This document shows positions 48,727-58,462 of a stretch of DNA of 64,000 bases, one piece after another. How positions within the stretch are numbered: the stretch's first letter is position 1; each line of letters starts with the position of its first letter. Origin of the DNA: an uncultured virus (IMG/VR IMGVR_UViG_3300044445_000196) (taxonomy: Duplodnaviria; Heunggongvirae; Uroviricota; Caudoviricetes); the IMG/VR virus record IMGVR_UViG_3300044445_000196; one strand, 5' to 3'. The notes beneath the pieces were generated by a model. That model was not told where the DNA came from, ran no database searches, and saw only the letters and a list, made by a program, of their open reading frames with translations. Both the position numbers and the translations under genes were made by a program.

Positions 48727-49659
48727 TCAGGCCGCGTCGGCGAGCTCGCGCTCGGCGGCGTCGATGCGCCGTCGCACCTCGGCCATGACGTACGGGCTGT
48801 TCCAGGTGCCGGGGTCGTTCTCGTTCTTGTACTTCGCGAGCTTCGGGTAGATGTCTTCGATGATGAGCGAGGGGGTGGTCCGCTCACGCGGCAGGGTCGC
48901 ACGGATGCTGACGTCGGCGTGCTCCCACGAGTCGTTCACGTGCACGTCGGCGTTGAACGTTTCGAGGAAGACCTCTTTCACGGTCGCCTCGTGCTCGTCC
49001 AGCCATGCCTCGTAGCGCTCCTGCGGGGTGCGGGTGTCGCCGTCCTCGGCGGTGTCGTCGCCGAAACGGTGGTCGGCGTCCCAGAGGAAGTTTTCGGTGA
49101 CGTTGACGTCGATGTGGACTTCCGTTCCGTCGCCACCTTCATCGTCCCGTCGAGCTTCGATGTAGCTGACCTGGAAGTCGGCGTCGCGCGCCCACTGCTC
49201 GACATCTTCGAGGGGCAGTTCGTCGTGCTCGCTGAGGTCGAGGTACTCCTCCGCGGTGACGATGTCGCACTCGGAGAGGCTGAGCCCCGCGGCGTCGAGT
49301 TCGGCGGGGGTCCGGGCGGTGCCTTTGTGCCACCCGACGATGGTGCCGTGGCCTGCGGCGGGAACCGGGACCTCTGCGAAGCCGGTGCCGTCGTCGGCAG
49401 CTGCCCGGACGGTGAGGGTGACCGGTTCGTCCTCCGCGTACCGGTGCGCGGCCGCAATGGCCTCCGCGAGTGGTGCGCCCTTCTCCCCCGTGTGCACGAG
49501 CGCGTCGCCGGCGTAGATCCGGTAGGTGGTGTCCTCGAGCGCGGCGCTGGCCGCGAAGATCGCGAGCTCCGGCTCGGTGTGCGCCTGGGCGCCGAACTGG
49601 CCGTTGGCCTGGCGGGCGGTTTCGAGGTTGCGGAGACGGTTAGCGTCGAAGTCGGTCAT
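48727..49659 (-). CDS. Tagged acidic protein
   Basis: ETARQANGQFGAQAHTEPE; class B motif 49667-49676. Confidence 0.85.
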   Translation of the reverse strand: MTDFDANRLRNLETARQANGQFGAQAHTEPELAIFAASAALEDTTYRIYAGDALVHTGEKGAPLAEAIAAAHRYAEDEPVTLTVRAAADDGTGFAEVPVPAAGHGTIVGWHKGTARTPAELDAAGLSLSECDIVTAEEYLDLSEHDELPLEDVEQWARDADFQVSYIEARRDDEGGDGTEVHIDVNVTENFLWDADHRFGDDTAEDGDTRTPQERYEAWLDEHEATVKEVFLETFNADVHVNDSWEHADVSIRATLPRERTTPSLIIEDIYPKLAKYKNENDPGTWNSPYVMAEVRRRIDAAERELADAA

Positions 49660-49682
49660 GCCGGCCATGTGCGCGGCGCACG

Positions 49683-50684
49683 TCAGCGCTGCATCGGCCA
49701 GGTGCCGTTCGCGTGGTGCTCGGCGAGCTGGGCCAGGGAGTACCACCCGAACTGCTGCGCGTGTCCGCGGGGTGAGTAGTTCAGGTAGAACATGTCGACG
49801 CCGTCCTGGATGCGGCCGGGGGTGAGGGCATAGACCTGGCCGCGGGTGTTGAGAGCTGCACGCAGGGGTTCTGCCTTCTTGGTCATCCGCGCGATGTAGT
49901 CCGCGCGCGCACGGGCGCTCTCGATCTGGTCTCCGGTGAGGTCCCGCTCGTCATAGATGGTGGCGCCGGTGCCGAACGGGGAGCCGGATCCGCCCATCCT
50001 GAGGTGCTTGCCGCTGTCAGCGAGGAGGCGGAGCGCGGCGATGAGGATGGGCTGGTGAGCGAGGTAGATGAGGGTGTCGCCGTAGTGGAACTCGCCGACA
50101 TCGGTGAACTCCGGGAGGTGCCGGACGACCCGACGGTGCATCGCTTGCAATTCGGGCTTCGTGCGCGGGAGCGGACCTTCGATCCCGGCGCCGCGGATGT
50201 CCTCGCGCAGCTGCGGGACGAGGAGGGTTCGGTCGCGCCGGTCAGCGGCCCACTCGGCTTCGCGTGCGGAGCGCTCGTGCGCTTCGGTGGCCTGGCGGGC
50301 GAGGGTTTCCTCAGGCTGCCACCGGTGAAGGCCCTGGTCCGCGTGCAGACCGAGGTACCACCGGCCGTCGACTTCGCCGGTGAGGATGCGCTTCTTGTGC
50401 TCGCCAGCGGCGAGACCGCGGTTGATCTGCGGGAGGCCGTGCTCCTCTTCGGCACGGAAGTCACCACCGTAGGCGACGCCGACCAGTGGGTCGGTAGCGC
50501 CGTCCTGCGTGACCAAGGCGAGGCCGATGCGGCGCAGGCCTGGTCGGCTGTTCTCCGCGGCGGCAATGTCTTCGGCGGTGAAGCCCTGGGCGAGGAGCTG
50601 ACGGTAGAGGGTGCCGTGCTCCTGCCGGCGGGCGCGGAGGTGCCGTTCGGGGACGGAGGTGAAGCGGTAGCGGCGGGAGGTCAT
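49683..50684 (-). CDS. Hypothetical protein
   Basis: Class A motif 50691-50700. Confidence 0.75.
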   Translation of the reverse strand: MTSRRYRFTSVPERHLRARRQEHGTLYRQLLAQGFTAEDIAAAENSRPGLRRIGLALVTQDGATDPLVGVAYGGDFRAEEEHGLPQINRGLAAGEHKKRILTGEVDGRWYLGLHADQGLHRWQPEETLARQATEAHERSAREAEWAADRRDRTLLVPQLREDIRGAGIEGPLPRTKPELQAMHRRVVRHLPEFTDVGEFHYGDTLIYLAHQPILIAALRLLADSGKHLRMGGSGSPFGTGATIYDERDLTGDQIESARARADYIARMTKKAEPLRAALNTRGQVYALTPGRIQDGVDMFYLNYSPRGHAQQFGWYSLAQLAEHHANGTWPMQR

Positions 50685-50690
50685 GCCTCC

Positions 50691-51311
50691 CTATGCGCGA
50701 CCGAGGGTCCTGACGGTGGTGGGGCGCCCGCGCCCGTGGGATGCCATGCCGACGGTGGCGACACCGGGGAGCGAGTCGATGAGGCGGTTGAGGTTGCCGA
50801 GGTGGGGTTCGTTGCCGGCGAGCGCGATGTGCAGCTGGCGAGCGTCGCGGGTGGTGAACTCCATGGGCAGCAGCTCACGGGTGAACGGGAGGTTCCGCCA
50901 GAGAAGGTCGCGAAGGAGCGGTGTGCTGGTGTCGATGATGTGGCCGTGGTCGAACGCCAAGCTCGGCAGGTCCTCCCCGAGGGCGACGGATGCGGTCGTA
51001 TCGAGGGCCGGGAGCACGGCCCACATGGCGATGGACAGGCTCGGTCCGCGAGGGTCGCGATTCGGTTCGTCGAAGGTGAGAAGCTGGCCAAGCGCGAGCG
51101 GGGGCTGGCTGGTGAACTTTGCGAGGGCCCGCCCGGCGGCGTCGGCGAGGCGTTCGCCACGCTGCAGCACGACCCCCGGAAGGGCCCGCCGGCCGAGGAA
51201 CGGTTCGCGTGTGCGCTCGGGGACGGCGAGACACACCACGCCGGCGTCTTGGTCGTAGGCGAGCGCCAGCACGTCGACGCTGACGACGGAGAGGAGGTCG
51301 TTCTCGGTCAT
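50691..51311 (-). CDS. NrtR-like NUDIX regulator
   Basis: VSVDV...ALPG...GERL...RDPRG...LAFDH; wHTH with GRP. Confidence 0.85.
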   Translation of the reverse strand: MTENDLLSVVSVDVLALAYDQDAGVVCLAVPERTREPFLGRRALPGVVLQRGERLADAAGRALAKFTSQPPLALGQLLTFDEPNRDPRGPSLSIAMWAVLPALDTTASVALGEDLPSLAFDHGHIIDTSTPLLRDLLWRNLPFTRELLPMEFTTRDARQLHIALAGNEPHLGNLNRLIDSLPGVATVGMASHGRGRPTTVRTLGRA

Positions 51312-52624
51312 GCGAAACTCCGGTCTGTGCGGCGGGGGCCGTCCGCGGTGAGCGCGACGGGGGCGCCGACGGCGCGGGTGATGTGCTCGAGCAGCTCCTG
51401 CGAGTCTGCCACGGGGGCGTAGACGGGGGCAGCGTTCTCTGCGGCGACCGTGCGACGCTGCGACAGGGGCTCGGTGTTTGTGCCGCGCAGAAGCGCGTCT
51501 GCTCGCAGGCCCCAGGAGGTGACAACACAGTCCTGCGGGGCGTCGAGGTGAGACACGCTGACGGCGTCCACTCCCCCGGCCACCGCGGCGGCGTAGCGGA
51601 GGGTGACGAGGTCGAGATGACCTTGGCGCCATCCACCGGTGAAGACCTCGGTGCCGTTGTCGAGTTCAGGGTGGCCGAGCTCGGCTTCGGTGGGCATAGG
51701 TCCGGCGCCGTGGCGGGTGGCGTAGGTGCGGGTCAGTCCGAGCACGAACGGGTGATGCCCCTGGTCTACGAGGTGCGCGCGCAGGCGGCGGGGGCTGGTT
51801 GTGGCCCAGGTGGTGTGCGGGTGGAAGCCGTAGTCCTCGTCGAGGAGGATGCCCTGGCTGCCTTCGTAGAGGACGCTGCCGTCGTTGAGCAGCTCAAGCA
51901 CGGCGCTGTCACCGGTGGTGGTGCGGATGTTGACGCCGACGTCGAGCATCTGCGTCACGAGGGCGTCGATGGGGTCGATATGCAACAGCCCGCCGGGGTC
52001 GTCGACGCCTGCTAGCAGCGGCGCGGCGTAGCGCATCATCTCGTCGAGTACCGCGGTCAGAGTGTGCCGGTCGGTAAGGTCCCCGGCGCGGAGCGCGCGT
52101 CGACCGGCTTCGCCGGGCGCGGTGAAGTTCCCGACGAGGTCGCCAGCCCGGGCGCCGGCGCGGCAGGCGAGGTCGTAGGCGACGGTCTCTCCGATGCCGA
52201 TGCCGGTGCTGCCGTGGCGGCCGTCGCCGCGGGCGAGCTCGCGGGCGCGGTTCATGGCCTGGTTGATGGGGGTGGTGACCAGGCAGCCAGTGTCGACGGT
52301 GATGAGGTCGAGCGGGTTGGTGACACCCTTGGACGCGAGTTCGTGCGCTTCGGCGACGAGGAGTTGCGGGTGCAGCATCGCCGGGGCGAGGAGGTAGGTC
52401 GGCACGTCGAGGAAGGTCGCGGAGCCGAACTGGTGGAAGGTGTGGTGGCGGGCGCCGTGGCGGACGTTGTGCGCGGCTTGCGCGCCGCCGGACCAGCGCA
52501 CGACCGCGGCGGTGTCCGGGATTGCCCGGGCGAGAGCGTCAGTGGTCGCGCCTTTCGCTTCGTCGCCGTAGCCGAGACCGGTGACGATGACGGGGGTGCG
52601 TCGGAGGTCGGTCAGGGCGTTCAT
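51308..52624 (-). CDS. Adenylosuccinate synthetase-like protein
   Basis: GLGYGDEAKG, GGAQAAH, EGSQG.LLD..YG, TRHGAGP. Confidence 0.88.
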   Translation of the reverse strand: MNALTDLRRTPVIVTGLGYGDEAKGATTDALARAIPDTAAVVRWSGGAQAAHNVRHGARHHTFHQFGSATFLDVPTYLLAPAMLHPQLLVAEAHELASKGVTNPLDLITVDTGCLVTTPINQAMNRARELARGDGRHGSTGIGIGETVAYDLACRAGARAGDLVGNFTAPGEAGRRALRAGDLTDRHTLTAVLDEMMRYAAPLLAGVDDPGGLLHIDPIDALVTQMLDVGVNIRTTTGDSAVLELLNDGSVLYEGSQGILLDEDYGFHPHTTWATTSPRRLRAHLVDQGHHPFVLGLTRTYATRHGAGPMPTEAELGHPELDNGTEVFTGGWRQGHLDLVTLRYAAAVAGGVDAVSVSHLDAPQDCVVTSWGLRADALLRGTNTEPLSQRRTVAAENAAPVYAPVADSQELLEHITRAVGAPVALTADGPRRTDRSFA

Positions 52625-52917
52625 CGGGTGTCCTTCGTCTCGCCGTATTCCTCGCGGGGCTCGAACATGAGCGGTCCGTCGTTCAGGCTGGCCCAGGTCG
52701 TCTCGCCCACCTCGTATCGACGCCCGGATTGCCCGACATACGGTGCGGGGTCCGGCGACAGTTTCGCGAACGCGTCGGCGACGCCGGTGAGCGCATCGCC
52801 GATGGCGTTGTGGACGACGTTCTCGACGTGGTCGTAGTTCCAGCTCGTGCGCGCGCGGCTCTCGTCAGCCGCGGTGCGCAGGATGGTGACGGCGGTGGCG
52901 AGGGGGATGGAGGTCAT
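52621..52917 (-). CDS. Hypothetical protein
   Basis: ATGA overlap with purA-like gene. Confidence 0.6.
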   Translation of the reverse strand: MTSIPLATAVTILRTAADESRARTSWNYDHVENVVHNAIGDALTGVADAFAKLSPDPAPYVGQSGRRYEVGETTWASLNDGPLMFEPREEYGETKDTR

Positions 52918-52942
52918 GGGGTGCCTTCCGGGTATGCGTGGG

Positions 52943-53641
52943 TCACCACTCGCGGCCGGGCATGAGGTCGTCGGTGATGACGGTGAGCAGTTCGCGGGTG
53001 ACGTCCGGGTTGAGGGTGAGACCGACGGTGTAGGCGACGGTCGCGCGGCTGAGGACCCGCCGGAAGCCGGAGCTGTCGGGGGCGGCGACGAGGTCGAGCT
53101 GCCATTCGCGACCGGTGGTGCCGTCGCTCGTGCCGGTGAGGGTGAGGTGCTTCGTGCCGTGTTGGTGCTCGCGTGCGGCGGTGGTCAGCACGGTGTCCGG
53201 GTTGGAGCGGTACTGCACGATGCGGCCCGCCTCTTCGTGGAAGGTGAACCATTCCGCGAAGAGCGCCGCGGGGTCTTCTGCGGCGCGCAGCCACGCGTCG
53301 AAGCGGGCGTAGATGCTGTGCGCGCTGGCATCGGGGGCGTCGTCGCGCCAGTCAGCGGCTCCGCGGGGGTAGAACGAGCGCTCCTGGACGCCGGCGCGGA
53401 CGGTGAACTCGGTGGCGTTCTCCTGGGTCCACGCGGAGTACCCGCCGTAGGTGGTGGTCTCGTCGAGGGTGACCGTGTCGTCCGTCGCTGCGCCGAGGCG
53501 GTTGCGCACGCGCTCGGCGAGCGGGTCGGCGAGGACATGGCGGACGACGCGGGGTTCCGGTGGCCATGCCTCCGACGCGTCCTGGGTGATGGTCGTTCGG
53601 GTGAACGACTCGTCGGCGGTGATGCTCGGGTGCAGGGTCAT
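52943..53641 (-). CDS. Hypothetical protein
   Basis: AAAGG RBS; class A variant near 53676. Confidence 0.65.
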   Translation of the reverse strand: MTLHPSITADESFTRTTITQDASEAWPPEPRVVRHVLADPLAERVRNRLGAATDDTVTLDETTTYGGYSAWTQENATEFTVRAGVQERSFYPRGAADWRDDAPDASAHSIYARFDAWLRAAEDPAALFAEWFTFHEEAGRIVQYRSNPDTVLTTAAREHQHGTKHLTLTGTSDGTTGREWQLDLVAAPDSSGFRRVLSRATVAYTVGLTLNPDVTRELLTVITDDLMPGREW

Positions 53642-53721
53642 GGTGTCGCCTTTCGGATGGTGGCTTGCACCCTTCCCATGCGCAGTGCCCGCGGGGCCGG
53701 ATGACCCCGCGGGCTGCGCCA

Positions 53722-54684
53722 TCACAGGTCGGCGGGGAGCAGTCCTGCTGCGGCGACAGCGGTGCCGGTGGTGGTCCCGAGACCGGCGACGGCGAGCGCC
53801 TTGCCAGCGGCCGCACCGCGCCCGGTGCCATCGAGGTCCGCGAGGCCCTCGTCGAGGGTGATGCTGTCCTCCATGACGCCGACGGTGAGGGCGATGAGCT
53901 CGCACACCTCCTCGGGGTCTTCGAGGCGGATGAACCGCTCGCCGAGGATGGGGCGCCAGTGGTTTTCGAGCCAGGCCTCGTTGTAGTACGAGGTCATGTT
54001 CGGCACCACGAACCACACGTGGAACTTCTCTTCGAGCTGGCGGTAGATTTCGGCGATGTCCATGTCTTCGGCGAGGTCGTCGCCGATGAACTTCGCCACC
54101 GCCGCGCGGCTGAGGCGGGGCTTGTTCGCTTCGTCGCCGAAGATGAAGCAGTAGCCCTTCTTCCCGCGCCGCTCGAGCGAATCCAGCTGCGCGCGGGTGG
54201 CAAGGAAGTACGCACCGAGCGCGTAGCTCTCCTTCTTGTCGCCGCCACCGCCGGCTTCGAGGTAGAGGTCGCGGATCTGCTCGTCGATGCGGTTGTCGCT
54301 CTCGAACTGTCCGGCCTGCAGCGGCACGGTGTCGTACTCTTCGTCGCCGACGGCGATGACCATGATCTGCGGGTCGGTGGCGTATCCGCCCCGGGTGAGG
54401 TAACCCATCAGGTTCGGCAGCTGCCGCTGGATGATCTGGGGGACGCGCCCCATCGAACCGGTGACGTCCACGAACGCCACGATGGGCGTGCTCTCCGGGT
54501 GCTCAGCGCTGTCGCGCGCCTCCCGCACGGTCGCGCCGAACGGGTCGAGGCTGTCCGCAGCCTTGCGCTTGTCGCGGGCGACGTAGCGCATCTGGTCGCT
54601 GTAGCCGAAGTTCGACTGTCCGGTCGCGGCGCGGGTGGCCGCGGCCTGCTGGTAGCCGGCGTCCGAGAAATTGCCTCCGCCCAT
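53722..54684 (-). CDS. vWA-domain protein
   Basis: MIDAS DVTGSM, GGGGDKKESY, FIFGDE. Confidence 0.85.
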   Translation of the reverse strand: MGGGNFSDAGYQQAAATRAATGQSNFGYSDQMRYVARDKRKAADSLDPFGATVREARDSAEHPESTPIVAFVDVTGSMGRVPQIIQRQLPNLMGYLTRGGYATDPQIMVIAVGDEEYDTVPLQAGQFESDNRIDEQIRDLYLEAGGGGDKKESYALGAYFLATRAQLDSLERRGKKGYCFIFGDEANKPRLSRAAVAKFIGDDLAEDMDIAEIYRQLEEKFHVWFVVPNMTSYYNEAWLENHWRPILGERFIRLEDPEEVCELIALTVGVMEDSITLDEGLADLDGTGRGAAAGKALAVAGLGTTTGTAVAAAGLLPADL

Positions 54685-54729
54685 GATGGGCCTCTTTTCT
54701 GTCGTGCCGTCGACAGACGGCGGGGTGGG

Positions 54730-55614
54730 TCAGGCCTTCGCGGGGAGGGCGAAGAGTCGGAACCTGCGCGGCCCGTACAGGCGCTCGAGCAGGGTGTCGT
54801 ATTCGCGCAACGCCTGTGCGGGGTTGAGCGTGTTGAGGTGGTCGGCGAAGTGCCGCTGGCGCCCGCCGGCCGCGTCGAGGGTGCGGTCGAAGAGGTGGGC
54901 GATGGCGGTGTTGTCCTTGCCCTCCCCCTGCCATCCGGTCAGGACGATGCCGTGACCTTCCGGGTGGACAAAGACGGTGTTCTCATCGAGTGCCCCATGC
55001 GCGGTGCCGGCGGTGTCGAGCACCATGAACAGTCGGCGGGCCATCCATGCCCAGTCGCGGCCGTCGAGGCCGTTGGGGTAGGCCGCGCGGACCTCGCGGA
55101 GCGCGTGAGCACCGTCGGGGATGCGGTAGGCGATCCAGGTGCGCCCGGCAGTCGTACCGGTGTCGAGCACGGTGGGGACGTACCCGGCGAGACCGACGGC
55201 GTCGAGCTTCGGGGTGATGGCGATGAGGGTGCGCACGGCGTCGTTGGCGGCGGGGGTGCGGGCGATGTCGAGCCGGACCCCGTCGGTGTCGGTGAGGTAG
55301 GTGGCGATGGTGGCGCTGGCGCGTACTTGGTCGCGGAAAAGGTAGGTACCGTGTGCGCCGACGACGTGCGGGGCGGCAGCGGGCTTCGGCGCCGCGATGG
55401 GGGTCTTGTAGCGCTCCCAGGCGGTGTTCAAGGCGATGGTCGCGCGCTGGGCGGCGTCACGGTCGATGCCTTCCTGGTCCGCGCGGTCGGGGTGCACGGC
55501 GAAGGCGAGGACGCGGTAGAGGCGGGTCACACGGCGAGTGTCCCCGCCGGCGGGGGCGAAGATGTCGCCGGCCTCGATGTGGGCGAGGGCGTCGGTTCCA
55601 TTCCAGGTTCGCAT
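54730..55614 (-). CDS. J-domain plus degenerate kinase-like protein
   Basis: LYRVLAFAVHPD J motif; AHGALDENTV kinase-like loop. Confidence 0.75.
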   Translation of the reverse strand: MRTWNGTDALAHIEAGDIFAPAGGDTRRVTRLYRVLAFAVHPDRADQEGIDRDAAQRATIALNTAWERYKTPIAAPKPAAAPHVVGAHGTYLFRDQVRASATIATYLTDTDGVRLDIARTPAANDAVRTLIAITPKLDAVGLAGYVPTVLDTGTTAGRTWIAYRIPDGAHALREVRAAYPNGLDGRDWAWMARRLFMVLDTAGTAHGALDENTVFVHPEGHGIVLTGWQGEGKDNTAIAHLFDRTLDAAGGRQRHFADHLNTLNPAQALREYDTLLERLYGPRRFRLFALPAKA

Positions 55615-55676
55615 TTCTTCTCCTTCTGAGAAATAACCTACGCCGGTCGCGGCTTGATCTCAAGACCCACGGCAGA

Positions 55677-56219
55677 ATGGGTCGCGTGAGCACCCGAGAC
55701 GACCTGCTGAGCGGCGAACACCGCTCCCCCGCCGAAGTCACCCGCGTCATATCGCCGGGCCTGTACGCGTGGTGGGACGACGAGCAGGCCCTGCCCTGGC
55801 CGGCCGGCTTCCCCTCGGTCGACCAACGGCTCCCGGTCTACGTCGGCATCGCCGCATCGCAGAGCCTCGGGGCTCGCTTCGAGAAGAACCACCTTGCTCG
55901 CACCCGCGGTTCCGGTCTTCGCCGTAGCCTCGTCGGTCTTGTGGTCGGACAGCTGGGCCTCGAACCGCACTTGGTCCTGAACGACGCCTCCCGCCCGTCG
56001 AAGTTCACCCTCGACGAGGAGGGCGAGAAGTGCCTGACCGCGTGGATGCTCGAGCACCTGCGTGTGACCTGGGTGGAGATGGCACACCCGGGGCGGGCCG
56101 AGGAAGCGCTCATCGCATCGCTCGTGCCGCCTCTGAACGACATTCACGCGACGGGGTCGCCGTACCGCGCGGCGATGCGTGCCGTACGTCAGCGGGCGGC
56201 GTTCAGCGCTCGGAGATGA
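55677..56219 (+). CDS. GIY-YIG-like nuclease
   Basis: PGLYAW...VYVGIA...R...E..LI....PPLN. Confidence 0.8.
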   Translation: MGRVSTRDDLLSGEHRSPAEVTRVISPGLYAWWDDEQALPWPAGFPSVDQRLPVYVGIAASQSLGARFEKNHLARTRGSGLRRSLVGLVVGQLGLEPHLVLNDASRPSKFTLDEEGEKCLTAWMLEHLRVTWVEMAHPGRAEEALIASLVPPLNDIHATGSPYRAAMRAVRQRAAFSARR

Positions 56220-56841
56220 CCGTGTCGGCGTGGTCGCGGAAGCCCCACCACCGGTCGGTGTCGGACAGGGTGGCTCCAACCACCAGGCTCCCGCGCCACT
56301 CCGCCTCCCCCATGGACGTGAGCTGTTGACGCCAGAACTCCCGCTCGGGTATGGACGCGCGCTTCGTCTCCGCGACCGTCAGCGCCTGTTCGGAAACCCT
56401 CTCGAGCTCGGGGCCTTCGAGATCCTGGATCGAGCCGTCGTAGTCGAGGTGCTCGTAGTAGAGCGCGGCGACACCGCGGCGCATCCCGTCACGGAACTCT
56501 GCGGCCTCCTCGTCGTGCGACGCGAGCGAATCCGCGTCGCGGATCCAGGCGCGCGTTGCCGCCACCCGCTCCCGGCCCGCGACGCCGCGGGAGAGTTTGC
56601 CGTCCTGCACCGAGAAGACCAGCGGGTCGATGTACTCGTCGAAGACAGCGAGCCGCCCCCTCTTCACCTCGGTGACGTCCTCGCGGTCAATTCGGGGGTC
56701 CACCGGCGGGCGCGCTTCCCCGCCGGGCAGAGACGCAATCTCCGAGCGCCCGATGGCGAGCTCGGGTGCGCTGTGGTGCGCCTGCGCGAACCGCCCGGTA
56801 CGGCCGTGGCGGGGATGCTGGGGCTCGTCGAAGGAGGTCAT
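56203..56841 (-). CDS. Tagged hypothetical protein
   Basis: MTSFDEPQHPRHGRTGRFAQAHHSAPE; class B motif 56849-56858. Confidence 0.85.
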   Translation of the reverse strand: MTSFDEPQHPRHGRTGRFAQAHHSAPELAIGRSEIASLPGGEARPPVDPRIDREDVTEVKRGRLAVFDEYIDPLVFSVQDGKLSRGVAGRERVAATRAWIRDADSLASHDEEAAEFRDGMRRGVAALYYEHLDYDGSIQDLEGPELERVSEQALTVAETKRASIPEREFWRQQLTSMGEAEWRGSLVVGATLSDTDRWWGFRDHADTVISER

Positions 56842-56848
56842 GATCGCC

Positions 56849-56870
56849 ATGTGCGCGGCGCCGCGCATGG
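56849..56870. promoter_or_regulatory. Back-to-back class B (left) and class A (right) motifs
   Basis: ATGTGCGCGG-CG-CCGCGCATGG; each 7 nt from an ATG (56841, 56878). Confidence 0.75.
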
Positions 56871-56877
56871 AGGAGCC

Positions 56878-57573
56878 ATGACCCCGACTGAGCCCGAAGC
56901 CGCCAATACCCCCATGCTGACCGAAGAGGCCGGCAACTCCATCCTCGACACCATCGCCGAAACGATGCTGCCGATGAAGAACGAAGCCGGGGACTGGGTC
57001 GACCTCCCCACGAACCAGCGTCTGAGCGCAGCCTTCGGCCCGCTTGCTGAGACGGTCGCCCGCATGATCTTCCTCGCCGCTGCCAGTGGCCACGACGCGG
57101 GTCTGCTCGCTGTCACCCCGTCCGGGGAGCGCACCGACATCCTCGCCGCTGGGCTGCGTCGTGTGCACACGGCCGACATGTTCGGCGACTGCGTCGAGGA
57201 CGGTGACCACTACCCCTGCAAGACCGCGCGCATCCTTGACCTCGTCGCCGGGGCCCCCGAGCCCACCAGCGCAGGCGAAGCACCCGATGGCGCGCTCGAG
57301 GAGCAGACGCTCGGTCTTCGCGACCTCACCTTCCCGACCGAGGACGAAGCCGCGTTCATCGGTGACACGGTCATCCTCGGCATGGTCCGCCGCGACCAGC
57401 TGCAGGCGGGCGACACCGTGCTCACCGCGCAGTACGGCGTTCGCACTGTGCAGTCCGTGAACGTCCTCGGAACGACCGTCACGGTCGCCTACGAGCCCGC
57501 GGACGCCGAAGCCGCCCCCACGGAGTCTCACCCTGTCGACGCGCGCGTGCCGCTCGTGGATTCTCGCGACTGA
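56878..57573 (+). CDS. Hypothetical protein
   Basis: Follows class A motif; H...C..D...YPC. Confidence 0.7.
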   Translation: MTPTEPEAANTPMLTEEAGNSILDTIAETMLPMKNEAGDWVDLPTNQRLSAAFGPLAETVARMIFLAAASGHDAGLLAVTPSGERTDILAAGLRRVHTADMFGDCVEDGDHYPCKTARILDLVAGAPEPTSAGEAPDGALEEQTLGLRDLTFPTEDEAAFIGDTVILGMVRRDQLQAGDTVLTAQYGVRTVQSVNVLGTTVTVAYEPADAEAAPTESHPVDARVPLVDSRD

Positions 57574-57594
57574 GGGCCAGCGGCAAGCTCTGCC

Positions 57595-58413
57595 CTACAG
57601 CAGCGAACGGAAGCTCGTGCGCAGCAGCACCCGCTGCAGCCCGGCGCGCGCTGCGGAGACCGCGGCCGCGGGGTCCTGGGGCACTGCCGGTGCCGGGGTG
57701 GCGAACCCTGACCCGTGGCAGAGCGCGTACGCGAACACATCGGCGCCGACCGAGCCGCTCGCGACAGCGCCGAGGGCGCGGGCGAGTCCCCACGCCTTCT
57801 GCTCCTCGCTCTGCCCGTGGATGAGGGTGAGCACTCGACGGGAGGTGGGCGCGGCGTCGCGGCGGCTCTCCACGGCGTAGCCCAGGGCGGCGGCGGCCGC
57901 GCGCAGGTCGTCGACGAACCCGACGGGCGCGCCCTCGCTGAGCTTCGACCAGGGGCGTTCGAGTTGCGCGCCGGAGGTGGCGGTGTAATCGAACATCGTT
58001 GCTGGCCGGTGCCATGCCTCCTCGACGACCAGCCGCCCACCGTCCCAGACGGGGCGCCCGTTCTCACGCTTGACCCGCATCGACGGGGTGAGGACAGCGA
58101 TGCCACGCTCGATGGTGCGCCGCTGCTGCGCCTGCCATCCGCGATGTGTGGACAGCCAGGTGGCGTGCGGCTGCTGGTCAAGGACCAGAAGGATGTTCGC
58201 CGGGCTCAGCCGGGGGAAGCGCGCGAGGCCGTCGAGGTACCGCGTCCAGGCGTCCGGCTCGTGCCACGAGCTCATGCCGCGGGCGACGACACCCAGCATC
58301 TCGGCCAGCCGGGCTTTCCGATCCGGGATGTCGTTGAACGAGTGCAGGGGGCGGGCTCGCTGGGCCCGCTCACGCAGGTCGGTGGGGGTCATCGTCGCAG
58401 TCACATCGGTCAC
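57595..58413 (-). CDS. ArdC-like ssDNA-binding antirestriction protein
   Basis: W..YL...ARF..LS..N.LL...Q.P.AT......W ArdC-N pattern; PATMFD...T. Confidence 0.75.
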   Translation of the reverse strand: MTDVTATMTPTDLRERAQRARPLHSFNDIPDRKARLAEMLGVVARGMSSWHEPDAWTRYLDGLARFPRLSPANILLVLDQQPHATWLSTHRGWQAQQRRTIERGIAVLTPSMRVKRENGRPVWDGGRLVVEEAWHRPATMFDYTATSGAQLERPWSKLSEGAPVGFVDDLRAAAAALGYAVESRRDAAPTSRRVLTLIHGQSEEQKAWGLARALGAVASGSVGADVFAYALCHGSGFATPAPAVPQDPAAAVSAARAGLQRVLLRTSFRSLL

Positions 58414-58462
58414 GTATCGCTCGTCTCGTCCAGTGGCGAGATCGTAGCGACCACCTCCGACA

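Noticed and set aside
51308..52624. PurZ / Z-genome (2-aminoadenine) pathway
   Set aside because: Active-site loop is GDEAKG with the PurA-type Asp, not the Ser typical of PurZ; no DatZ or MazZ recognised; the HD protein is alarmone-hydrolase type.
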